Positions 26,526 through 34,187 of a stretch of 34,187 nucleotides of DNA are shown piece by piece. Under the pieces are notes generated by a model. That model was given only the letters and a program-made list of their open reading frames with translations. It ran no database searches and had not been told where the DNA came from. Made by a program: the position numbers and the translations under genes. Source of the DNA: Deinococcales bacterium (GTDB lineage Bacteria > Deinococcota > Deinococci > Deinococcales > JAAFIG01); NCBI GenBank assembly GCA_043778225.1, contig JAYWGM010000031.1, positions 1 through 34,187 on the forward strand, written 5' to 3'. The stretch's first letter is position 1. The number at the start of each line of letters is the position of its first letter.

Positions 26526-27032
26526 TTAATTCACGCCCTTGCTGCTGTCCCAAGCACTCTCGAGCATCGATTTGATTTCTTTGGGGTCGCTGCTCATGAC
26601 TTCCGAAATTTCTTCGGACAAGAGTTTAATCGAACGGGCATAGGCTTGACGGTCAAGGTCTGGTAGCCCGCGTTCATCGTCCCAACGGCGCAATTCGGCA
26701 GCCAAGTTAGCAATGCGGTAGGGGTCGCCACTGGCAAGAATTTCGGTGACTTTACGATGACGGGCTGCCCATTGACGTGGCAAAGAGACTTTACCGGTTT
26801 TTAAGCGGTTCATGATTTCGGGCAATTCGGTCTCGGATAGCGCCGGGCGTAAACCAACGCTGCTCGGGGAAGCCACTGGCACAAATGCGCGGCTCGAGCC
26901 ATTGGGGAAATCAACTTGGTAGTAACTATTTTGGTTTCCAGCAATTTTTTTGGTCTGAATATCCGAAACAACGCCAACACCATAAGGTGGTAAAACAACG
27001 CGATCTCCGGGCGTAAAATCTTCTTTTTTCAC
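26526..27032 (-). CDS. carD: CarD family transcription factor
   Basis: F.PGDRVVLPPYGVG, VGLRP, W.AR motif; GTG 27032 preceded by AAGGAG. Confidence 0.93.
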   Translation of the reverse strand: MKKEDFTPGDRVVLPPYGVGVVSDIQTKKIAGNQNSYYQVDFPNGSSRAFVPVASPSSVGLRPALSETELPEIMNRLKTGKVSLPRQWAARHRKVTEILASGDPYRIANLAAELRRWDDERGLPDLDRQAYARSIKLLSEEISEVMSSDPKEIKSMLESAWDSSKGVN

Positions 27033-27219
27033 AGGTGACACTCCTTTGATGAACGCTGGAAGCAAATCCAGATGGGACTAAAAAATAAACACCCCCCTTC
27101 AAAATGAGTGGGGCGTAAAACTCGGGTCTACGATTTTTTGGGTAGGAAAACTCGAGCCTTCACAACCCAGAACTGTAGCAGAAAAAGCCTGAACTGCCTA
27201 GGGTATAGTCAGGGCTTTG

Positions 27220-28023
27220 TCAGACCACTTCGAGCGCCAAAGTTATGGCATCGGCAAGTCCGCCGTCGTTGACATGACCAACCACTGCTTTAGCAGCTTT
27301 TTTGACGCGCTCAACAGCATTGCCCATTGCCACGCCATAGCCCACGCCGCCTAAAATCTCGAGGTCATTTTCGCCATCGCCTACCATCATCACTTCTTTT
27401 AAGCCAATACCATAATAATTTGCTACGGCGGCTGCCGCCTCGAGCTTATTTGTTCCTATCCGAGTAACACTTGTGTAAATATGATTCGGTAAATCGGGTG
27501 TGCCAGCGCTCGAGAAAGAAATACCAGTCATATCCAGCATGGCTGCCTCGACAATTGGATACTGGACTGGCGTGACCACCCACTGCACCCGAATGATTGG
27601 CTCGGAGAGTGCCAGCAAATCGGTATGGGTAACCGCCAAATGGATTAAACGCTGATGCTCGAGGCTGATGCTGCTTTGGATTTCGGCAAAACAACCTTTT
27701 GCTGTATAAACCTCCAAAGCAATTTGTAAGCGCCGCGAAAGTGCCACCAACTCGAGGTACGCCGAGCGTGGCAAAAGGCTTTGGTGAATAAGGCTGCCAT
27801 CCAGTTTACCAGCGTGTGCGCCATTCTGAAAAATATGCACCCCAGCCTCGGAAACAATTTGGGCATAATCTTTTGCCAGACTGTACATTGGTCTACCTGT
27901 GCAAATCCCAAGCGCCATGCCAGAAGCTCGAGCAAGCTCGAGGGCTGTTAGCACCCTTGGGTGAATCCGCGAACCTTCCCCAATCAGCGTTCCGTCCACA
28001 TCGGTTAAAATCAAACGAATCAT
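27220..28023 (-). CDS. Cof-type HAD-IIB hydrolase
   Basis: DVDGTL, CTGR, NGA, K, GDGEND..., AMGNA. Confidence 0.92.
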   Translation of the reverse strand: MIRLILTDVDGTLIGEGSRIHPRVLTALELARASGMALGICTGRPMYSLAKDYAQIVSEAGVHIFQNGAHAGKLDGSLIHQSLLPRSAYLELVALSRRLQIALEVYTAKGCFAEIQSSISLEHQRLIHLAVTHTDLLALSEPIIRVQWVVTPVQYPIVEAAMLDMTGISFSSAGTPDLPNHIYTSVTRIGTNKLEAAAAVANYYGIGLKEVMMVGDGENDLEILGGVGYGVAMGNAVERVKKAAKAVVGHVNDGGLADAITLALEVV

Positions 28024-28044
28024 GCTGGGCAGTGTAACAAAGTT

Positions 28045-28932
28045 TTATCTTAGCAACGTCACGACCAAAGCAATAACAGGGATACTGAAAAAGGTTGTGA
28101 AAATTACGATGCCACCGACCAATTTGGCTTCAACTTTGAGTTCTTGTGCCACCAAAAAAGCATTGATTGCAGTTGGCATGGCACTCGACAGCACCAAGAC
28201 CCCACGCTCGAGACCCGATGCACCCACCAGCCACGCCACAAATAACGCTACACATGGACCAAGCACCAAACGCAATGCCACAGCGCGAATGATTGGGATG
28301 GTTGGCATTGGAAAACCACTCGAGCTAATTTGTAACCCCAAACTGATGAGCAGCATTGGTACAGCCGCCTCGGCAAGCAACTGGAAACCTCGGTCTAAAC
28401 CCATCGGAATTTTAAGCTGCAAAGCATTCAGTAATACCCCAAAAAGTGCTGCCCAAACCAAGGGCAAAGCAAAAACGGTGCGAATCCTCGAGCGCCAACT
28501 GCCTTCGCGTAGCACACTGGGCGTGACCACAAAAGTCATAAAAACTGAGATTGTAAAAACCACCAAAGATAACTCGAGACCCGCTTTTCCAAAAGCAAAT
28601 AAGGCAATTGGTAAGCCAAAATTACCGTTGTTACCCGTAATCACACCAGCCACCATGGCACGGCGGGTTTCATCGGGTTGGTCTCGGCTCGAGAGCCACG
28701 TGACCCGTCCCATAATCAGGACAAATAGAATATAACCAAGCACAATTTTAACGGCGCTGCTGACATCCGCCTGACTGTGCGCCAAGTTGTAGAAGGCTAA
28801 ACTCGGCGAAAGCGCATAAAGTGTCAGCTTAGAAATGGTATTGGCATCGGGCGCTAAAAAACGCCCAAGGGCAGCCCCAACTGCCACCACCACCAGCACA
28901 GGCAAAATCACATCCAATAAAGCGCTCAGCAC
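28045..28932 (-). CDS. AEC family transporter
   Basis: GNNGNFGLPI, P..L..LG, AMPTA motifs; about 10 TM helices. Confidence 0.88.
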   Translation of the reverse strand: MLSALLDVILPVLVVVAVGAALGRFLAPDANTISKLTLYALSPSLAFYNLAHSQADVSSAVKIVLGYILFVLIMGRVTWLSSRDQPDETRRAMVAGVITGNNGNFGLPIALFAFGKAGLELSLVVFTISVFMTFVVTPSVLREGSWRSRIRTVFALPLVWAALFGVLLNALQLKIPMGLDRGFQLLAEAAVPMLLISLGLQISSSGFPMPTIPIIRAVALRLVLGPCVALFVAWLVGASGLERGVLVLSSAMPTAINAFLVAQELKVEAKLVGGIVIFTTFFSIPVIALVVTLLR

Positions 28933-28968
28933 AACGCTGACCAGTTTACGCCTTTTATTCTCGAGTGT

Positions 28969-29030
28969 CTGATGGTCGCCTCGAGCGTTATACTGCCTGA
29001 TGGTAGCCTCGAGCGTTATACTGCCTGATG
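28969..29030 (+). repeat. 28-bp tandem duplication of the argR -10/start region
   Basis: CTGATGGTCGCCTCGAGCGTTATACTGC / CTGATGGTAGCCTCGAGCGTTATACTGC / CTGATG. Confidence 0.93.
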
Positions 29031-29489
29031 CAAAACAAAGAACCTCGGCAACGTCGAATCCAAGAAATTATTGGCGAAGAATTTATTGCCACCCAAGGTG
29101 ATTTGGTCAATCGCTTGCTTGCGGATGGTTTTCACGTCACCCAAGCCACAGTCAGCCGCGACATCACCGAATTGCGACTGGTTCGGCTGCCTTTTGGCAA
29201 AAATAAATACCGTTATGCCCTTGCGCCCTATGGTTTAGCCAGCGATCCAACCGAAGAATTGCGCTTACAATTTAAGCAATTTGTACGCGATATTGACCGT
29301 GCCGAAAATATGGTCGTCTTGAAGGTCAGCGATGGTTATGCGATGGGCGTGGCATTGACCCTCGACCAGTTGTCTCGAGACGATATTGTGGGAACGTTGG
29401 CTGGGCAGGACACGATTTTTGTGGCGGTGCGAAGCCTCGAGGCAGCCATTGCGCTGATGAGCGAGTTTGAGGATTATTTGACGGCTTAA
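29028..29489 (+). CDS. argR: Arginine repressor
   Basis: TQ..LV..L...[11 protein letters not shown] winged [13 protein letters not shown] arginine-binding motif. Confidence 0.95.
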   Translation: MQNKEPRQRRIQEIIGEEFIATQGDLVNRLLADGFHVTQATVSRDITELRLVRLPFGKNKYRYALAPYGLASDPTEELRLQFKQFVRDIDRAENMVVLKVSDGYAMGVALTLDQLSRDDIVGTLAGQDTIFVAVRSLEAAIALMSEFEDYLTA

Positions 29490-29514
29490 TTTTTTATCAG
29501 GTAAACTCGGGAAT

Positions 29515-30210
29515 ATGAAAATTATTGGCTTAATTGGCGGTATGAGTTGGGAGTCCAGCGCCCAATACTATAAAATTATCAATGCGTCCACCCGAGATAG
29601 AATTCATCCGCTCGAGAATGCAAAGAGCTTGATGTTTACTGTTAATTTCCATGAAATCGAGCGTTTACAACACGCCGAAGCGTGGGATGAAGCTGGGGCA
29701 ATTCTGAGCGACGCTGCCCTACGGCTCGAGGCTGGCGGGGCGGACTGCATTGTGCTGTGTACCAACACCATGCACAAATTAGCCGATTTCATCACCGATG
29801 CAGTACAAATTCCGTTGCTACACATTGCCGATGCCACAGCTAAAGCAATTGTGGCTCGAGGGATAAAGCGCATTGGCTTACTCGGTACGGGTTTTACGAT
29901 GGAACACGAATTTTATAAGGGTCGGCTCGAGCAAAACTTTGGTCTCGAGGTTATTGTGCCAGAAAAACCAGACCGAGACATTGTTCACCGTGTTATTTAC
30001 GACGAGCTTTGTGCTGGAGTTGTAAATCCAAGCAGCAAACTCGAGTACACACGAATTATGCAAAAACTGGTGCAAGCTGGTGCGGAAGGGATTATTCTTG
30101 GTTGTACCGAAATTATGCTCCTTGTTGGTCAAGCCGACTCGAGCGTGCCTATGTTTGACACAACTACGCTTCATGCTTTGGCGGCTGTAGATTTTGCGTT
30201 AGAGAAATAA
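29515..30210 (+). CDS. Aspartate/glutamate racemase family protein (YgeA/RacX-like)
   Basis: IGLIGGMSWES, CTNTMH, LGCTEI, FDTT. Confidence 0.93.
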   Translation: MKIIGLIGGMSWESSAQYYKIINASTRDRIHPLENAKSLMFTVNFHEIERLQHAEAWDEAGAILSDAALRLEAGGADCIVLCTNTMHKLADFITDAVQIPLLHIADATAKAIVARGIKRIGLLGTGFTMEHEFYKGRLEQNFGLEVIVPEKPDRDIVHRVIYDELCAGVVNPSSKLEYTRIMQKLVQAGAEGIILGCTEIMLLVGQADSSVPMFDTTTLHALAAVDFALEK

Positions 30211-30270
30211 GTTGATGGAGGTCATTTTCAGACCGAGGAGTACCTTTGCAGCGCGTTTCCACAGCCTTGT

Positions 30271-30621
30271 TCATTTTTTGTTCCTCTTTAGTTTTTGTGG
30301 CTTGCGATTCGCGGCGGCGACAGCCCCCATAATCCACGGTTCGAGTTGTTCCCAATCCTCGAGTATATCTTCTGGGGCGCGGTGGTAATTCATAGAAACA
30401 GTTTTCTGACTGGTTTCGTAACTGAATGGCTCGAGATTTGCATTTTTGAACATGGTTATGTTTTCAGAATCGGTTTTTAAGTACAGCACATCTTCGGCAA
30501 TTAAGCCCATCATGCGGTCTTGTACATACACGCCCCAGCCTCCGAACATACTTTTGCAACGGGCTTTTAAGGGCATTAACATTTCTTCGATAAACTGCAC
30601 AAAGGCTGGTTTGATTTTCAT
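30271..30621 (-). CDS. TfoX/Sxy N-terminal domain protein
   Basis: SMFGGWGVY, LYLK.D, PF.Y, M.Y...PE..LED. Confidence 0.85.
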   Translation of the reverse strand: MKIKPAFVQFIEEMLMPLKARCKSMFGGWGVYVQDRMMGLIAEDVLYLKTDSENITMFKNANLEPFSYETSQKTVSMNYHRAPEDILEDWEQLEPWIMGAVAAANRKPQKLKRNKK

Positions 30622-30977
30622 CTGAATCCTTCTTGCTTAAATTTTTGAAAACCCATTTCAGTCAGGGTCTCGAGTTCTGCTTGTAAGGCTGGCTCGAGTT
30701 TTTTGAAATTAAAACAGGATTTGCCCTGCATTCGTTTTCTTAAAGATTCAGATATGTTCTCGAGTAGTTCTGGGTAGGCATAGACCGCCATGAGGTAGTA
30801 AGAAACGTAGTTCTTTTTGATTTGTACACTACCAAAGTAACCCTGATAGCTGTCTTTGCGGGTATAATGCAGATTCAGATAATAGTTGTCTGGCTGGTCT
30901 TTTATCAGCACCAAGTGACCTTCGTATTTTTGCAGAATTTCTTTGAGGCTCGAGAAAATTGTTTGGAAGGTATCCAT
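30618..30977 (-). CDS. Conserved hypothetical protein (YdhG/DUF1801-like)
   Basis: KNYVSYYLM.VY..PELL..IS..L.KRMQGKSCFNFK pattern; ATGA overlap with the TfoX-domain gene. Confidence 0.65.
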   Translation of the reverse strand: MDTFQTIFSSLKEILQKYEGHLVLIKDQPDNYYLNLHYTRKDSYQGYFGSVQIKKNYVSYYLMAVYAYPELLENISESLRKRMQGKSCFNFKKLEPALQAELETLTEMGFQKFKQEGFR

Positions 30978-31094
30978 AGAACCCCTTGAGTTGGTTTACT
31001 TCTTAAATACTACCTTAAATTATGTTGAAAAACAAGTCTTAGTTAGGTTTTATGTTTTGGCTCGAGCATACATCCTACTTTCCTTCAGGAGTTT

Positions 31095-32507
31095 TTAGAG
31101 CTTGTGCCGTTCGAGTTTGCCAATCGCATTTCTTGGTAGCTCGGGCAATTGGGTTATTCGTTTTGGGCGTGTGGCTCGAGGCATTAGGCGCTGCAAATCG
31201 TTTTCGAGTTGCTCGAGCAAAGCATTTTCTGCTAAGACCACAAAGAGATGAATGGCTTGCCCGTATTCGGGGTCGGGTATGCCAAGCACCGCGCATTCAA
31301 GCACATACTCGAGTTGCATAATTTGTTGCTCGAGAATTTGAGGGTAGATGTTGATGCCGCCGCAAATCAGCATCTCGTCTTGTCGCCCAGTCAAATACAG
31401 CCTGCCGTCTTTGAGGTAGCCAGTATCACCTGTGTTTTGACCGCCAACAAAAACGTTTTGCCCAAGCATTCGCACTTCCATAAATGGTTTTCCGACCGAA
31501 TCTGGAAATTCGGCAAGGTCTGTCGGGGTTGCTAGGCTTATCATGCCAATTTCACTCGAGCCGTAAAAGTTGTACAGCACCAGCCCAAAGCGTTGCTGGG
31601 TGCGTTTGGCAAGCTCTGGGGTCAGTGGCGCAGAACCCGTCACAATGGTGATGATTGAATGCAGGTCGTACTGGTCGGCTTGCTCGAGGATTCGGTACAA
31701 AATCGTTGGCACAAGCACAATCGCGTCTATTTTTTGCTCTTGTATCGCCGCTAAGTATTGTTTGATGCTGGCTTTGGCAAAAATATGCAGCCTTGTGCCT
31801 ATCAGCAGACTGAGAATCAGGGTCGCCAATCCATGACCATGAAACATCGGTAGGGTCAGCAAGGTGCTGCGCTCAGCCTTGGGCTGAAATCGCTCGAGAA
31901 ACAGCGTTAAGGTTTTTAGTGCGGCTTGTAACGTTGGTTTTTGGCGCGTTACTTTCGCTGCGCCTGTGCTGCCCGAAGTCAGCATCAACACAGAACCCAT
32001 ATTGCGCCGAGGCAAACGGCTTCGGTAATTTTTGAAACTTGCAAAACTGGGGGTCAGAATCACAGTCTGGCTCGAGGTTTCGAGGGGCGTATCCGAAACC
32101 AAGAATTGGATATTTTGCGCCCTGCATTGCTCGTTTATTTTTTCGGGACTCGAGTCGGGGTTAAGTAGCACGATATTTGCACCTAGCCGACTGGCTGCCA
32201 ACAGGGTTTGCACAAATTCGATGCGATTATGGCAATGTAGCCCAAGGGTTTGCTTGGCACGTAAACCAAGTCCATACAAGCCACTTGCAACTTGGTCAGT
32301 CTCGAGAAACAAGTCTTGGTAACTGATTTCTTTTGTTTGGGTTTTCAGGGCGATTCGGCTCGAGTAGCGCTGGGCTGCCCACGCCGCCAAGGTGTACAAC
32401 GATGCGCCAAAGCGCAGATAGCACCACAGCAAATATAAAACTTGGCGAATTGGATTTGTGCCAAGAATTCCAGTTTTCAAAAGTCCTTGATAGAGGCGCA
32501 CCATCAA
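31095..32507 (-). CDS. AMP-binding acyl-CoA synthetase
   Basis: LTSGSTGAAK, YGSSE, TGD.G, GR.DEM...GG.N, LPRNAIGK. Confidence 0.9.
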   Translation of the reverse strand: MMVRLYQGLLKTGILGTNPIRQVLYLLWCYLRFGASLYTLAAWAAQRYSSRIALKTQTKEISYQDLFLETDQVASGLYGLGLRAKQTLGLHCHNRIEFVQTLLAASRLGANIVLLNPDSSPEKINEQCRAQNIQFLVSDTPLETSSQTVILTPSFASFKNYRSRLPRRNMGSVLMLTSGSTGAAKVTRQKPTLQAALKTLTLFLERFQPKAERSTLLTLPMFHGHGLATLILSLLIGTRLHIFAKASIKQYLAAIQEQKIDAIVLVPTILYRILEQADQYDLHSIITIVTGSAPLTPELAKRTQQRFGLVLYNFYGSSEIGMISLATPTDLAEFPDSVGKPFMEVRMLGQNVFVGGQNTGDTGYLKDGRLYLTGRQDEMLICGGINIYPQILEQQIMQLEYVLECAVLGIPDPEYGQAIHLFVVLAENALLEQLENDLQRLMPRATRPKRITQLPELPRNAIGKLERHKL

Positions 32508-33331
32508 TCATTGCCTTGCCGGGTACTCCACTTAAATAAGGCAGTCAGTATCCAATTGGTTGGATTTTCTAGTAATACAGTCGTTAGCTCGAGTAACCGC
32601 AACCACCACGGCGCAACTCGAGATGGCTGATGCACAATCGCGTAAGCAATCACTTGGGCTGCCTCGAGTGGGCTGAGGGCTGGGGCATTGGCAAATTGCT
32701 TAGCAGAACTCATGCGGGTGCGAACCAGTGGCATATAAAGGCTCGAGACCAGAATTTTTTGTGGGCGCAATTCGTTGCCTAGGCTACGTAACCACAAGTC
32801 AAAACCGGCTTTGCTGCTCTGGTAGGCTGCCCACATCGGTATGCCAGTCAATCGGGCAGAAATCGTCGAGACGTTGATTATCTGTGCGCCGCCCTGCTCG
32901 AGCATTTGCGGTAAAAGTGCCAGAATCAGGCTGCTTGGACTCGAGAAATTTAGTGCAATAAGCCGTTCAAGGTCGTTATGTTCGAGCGAATGTGTCATGC
33001 GTCGGCGAATGCTTTTCCCTGCATTGCAAATCAGAATATCTATCCGTGGATGCTCGAGTTGAATCTGAGCCATCAGTATTTTAACCGCCTCGAGTTGGCT
33101 CAGGTCTATTGGATAGATAAACGCCATCGTACTAATGGTTTTTTGAAGCGCCTCGAGTTTACTTTTGGTTCGCGCAAGCAACACAACTTTTGCACCCGCT
33201 CGAGCCAAATAGAGCGCCGTGGCTTCTCCGATGCCATAAGTTGCACCCGTTATCAAAATGGTTTTGCCATCAACCGCTAAGCCAAGTTTCTCGAGACTGG
33301 TCTCTTTGGGTGGCGCAAGCAGACTGAACAC
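32504..33331 (-). CDS. SDR oxidoreductase resembling Acr1-type fatty acyl-CoA reductase
   Basis: TGATYGIG, NAGKSIRR, YQSSK, YMPLVRT.M; ATGA-coupled to the acyl-CoA synthetase. Confidence 0.8.
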   Translation of the reverse strand: MFSLLAPPKETSLEKLGLAVDGKTILITGATYGIGEATALYLARAGAKVVLLARTKSKLEALQKTISTMAFIYPIDLSQLEAVKILMAQIQLEHPRIDILICNAGKSIRRRMTHSLEHNDLERLIALNFSSPSSLILALLPQMLEQGGAQIINVSTISARLTGIPMWAAYQSSKAGFDLWLRSLGNELRPQKILVSSLYMPLVRTRMSSAKQFANAPALSPLEAAQVIAYAIVHQPSRVAPWWLRLLELTTVLLENPTNWILTALFKWSTRQGND

Positions 33332-33369
33332 AAGTCAGAGTTTACTCGAGTTTAAGGCACTTGAAGCTT

Positions 33370-33510
33370 ATTTTTAGCAGGGCGAACACTTCTTAACCAT
33401 AAACTCGCACCTAACGGGCATGGTCGCTTCTTGACCATAAACTCGCACCTAACGGGCATGGTCGCAAGGTTCGCCCCTACAAAAATCGTGGTCATCACCC
33501 TGCTTTAGAG
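33370..33510 (-). repeat. GTAG-family REP element interrupted by two micro-elements
   Basis: rc reads CTCTAAAGCAGGGTGATGAC..ACGATTTTTGTAGGGGCGAACCTTG[76-bp insert]TGTTCGCCCTGCTAAAAAT, matching 9676-9762 once the insert is removed. Confidence 0.85.
33389..33464 (-). mobile_element. Two tandem 38-nt hairpin micro-elements
   Basis: rc CGACCATGCCCGTTAGGTGCGAGTTTATGGTCAAGAAG then CGACCATGCCCGTTAGGTGCGAGTTTATGGTTAAGAAG, one mismatch apart; homologous to 12958-12994. Confidence 0.8.
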
Positions 33511-33562
33511 CTTTAAGTATCTCCCACCTACATTTTAGAATTTTCAAAAAGCGTCAATTCTG

Positions 33563-33592
33563 TTCTTGCTCGTAAAATAGCACCTCACGGGC
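33563..33592 (-). repeat. Diverged fifth copy of the micro-element core
   Basis: rc GCCCGTGAGGTGCTATTTTACGAGCAAGAA keeps GCCCG-NN-AGGTGC-N11-CAAGAA. Confidence 0.55.
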
Positions 33593-33686
33593 TACTCGCG
33601 CTCATTACGGCAGCAGATACGCTGTCCCTACTCCCGTTGGTCGGAAATGTTTTAGCGAAGAACTCTAAAACATTTCGGGGTTGTAC

Positions 33687-34151
33687 TTAGAATACAGGTG
33701 TAAAAACAAAACGGTCGGTTGCCCCACCACGTAAAACACAATCGGTATGCTCACCAAGATAACGTTTGTCCATGACGCTCTCGAGTGCGCCCCAGACTGC
33801 CCCAAGCGTAAACGTGCATTTGCGGCTCGAGCCTTGTGGTTCGTTGGCACTACAAACGGTCTCGAGGGTGTCAATAATAATTTGTTCGCCCTGAACACTT
33901 GCACCGACCACACGGCAAAGTTGTGTACCGGTTTTACCAAGCAGCCCATCCAATGCCTTCACCAGCACTTCGACAGGTGCTTTTGTGCCGACTAAGCCAG
34001 CTTGTTGCGCCACGGTATTGCCACGCACTTTACCAGCCCGAATAAAAACCACCGCCGCGCCATCTTCGCCCAAGGTATCTTCGACCCCGACAATGGCTGC
34101 CTTAAAGCAAATCAGGCTCATCATTTCGCCAAGTTCTGGTCTGACATTCAT
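33687..34151 (-). CDS. V4R-like (hydrocarbon-binding) domain protein
   Basis: G...G helix; E..CS, CTFTLGAVWGALE, H..CVLRG...D.F.F pattern; AAGGAG RBS. Confidence 0.7.
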   Translation of the reverse strand: MNVRPELGEMMSLICFKAAIVGVEDTLGEDGAAVVFIRAGKVRGNTVAQQAGLVGTKAPVEVLVKALDGLLGKTGTQLCRVVGASVQGEQIIIDTLETVCSANEPQGSSRKCTFTLGAVWGALESVMDKRYLGEHTDCVLRGGATDRFVFTPVF

Positions 34152-34159
34152 GAGTCTCC

Positions 34160-34187
34160 TTACAACACCGCAGCGATCGTTCGCACT
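34160..34187 (-). CDS. C-terminal end of an upstream gene (..VRTIAAVL*), truncated by the window edge
   Basis: Open frame ending in a TAA that overlaps the AAGGAG RBS of the V4R gene; too short to identify. Confidence 0.4.

Noticed and set aside
27924..27943. AAGCTCGAGC AAGCTCGAGG 10-bp direct repeat in the HAD gene
   Set aside because: Explained by two adjacent CTCGAG sites at the prevailing density; the protein sequence is not repeated
28022..28735. 237-aa plus-strand ORF
   Set aside because: Antisense shadow of the AEC transporter; its Lys/Thr/Asn-rich composition is what the reverse strand of a hydrophobic gene gives
30271..30621. TfoX-domain gene as evidence that CTCGAG is a competence uptake sequence
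   Set aside because: Stand-alone TfoX_N proteins are widespread and not shown to regulate competence; no competence genes are nearby
16971..33464. Short 23-38 bp repeats as CRISPR arrays
   Set aside because: Only 2-3 copies each, directly abutting or with identical intervening sequence, no unique spacers and no cas genes

Overview
A chromosomal segment of roughly 45-50% GC, most likely from a Deinococcota (Deinococcales-like) bacterium; the taxon is inferred from the gene set and from pervasive leaderless TANNNT-N5-8-start promoters. It holds 32 complete CDSs plus the tail of a 33rd. Most are housekeeping or metabolic genes: M32 carboxypeptidase, thrC, GH1, TerC/Alx behind a yybP-ykoY riboswitch, fabF, luxS, GH38, chrA, ferritin, polyprenyl synthase, a LacI-controlled sugar ABC/GH32 operon, carD, argR and others. 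I found no rRNA, tRNA, CRISPR array or transposase. The unusual biology is mostly below gene level. (1) The palindrome CTCGAG occurs about 217 times by hand count, against about 8 expected, like the cyanobacterial highly iterated palindrome HIP1. (2) A 37-39 nt hairpin micro-element (CGACCA..GCCCG-N1-2-AGGTGC..TGGTCAAGAAG) has inserted precisely into a GTAG-type REP, into a MITE-like repeat and into a copy of itself, and an empty REP allele is present in the same window. (3) Five separate 23-28 bp tandem duplications occur, three of them involving CTCGAG. (4) One gene encodes a secreted cytochrome c-fused PHM/DBH-like copper monooxygenase. All counts and alignments were done by eye.
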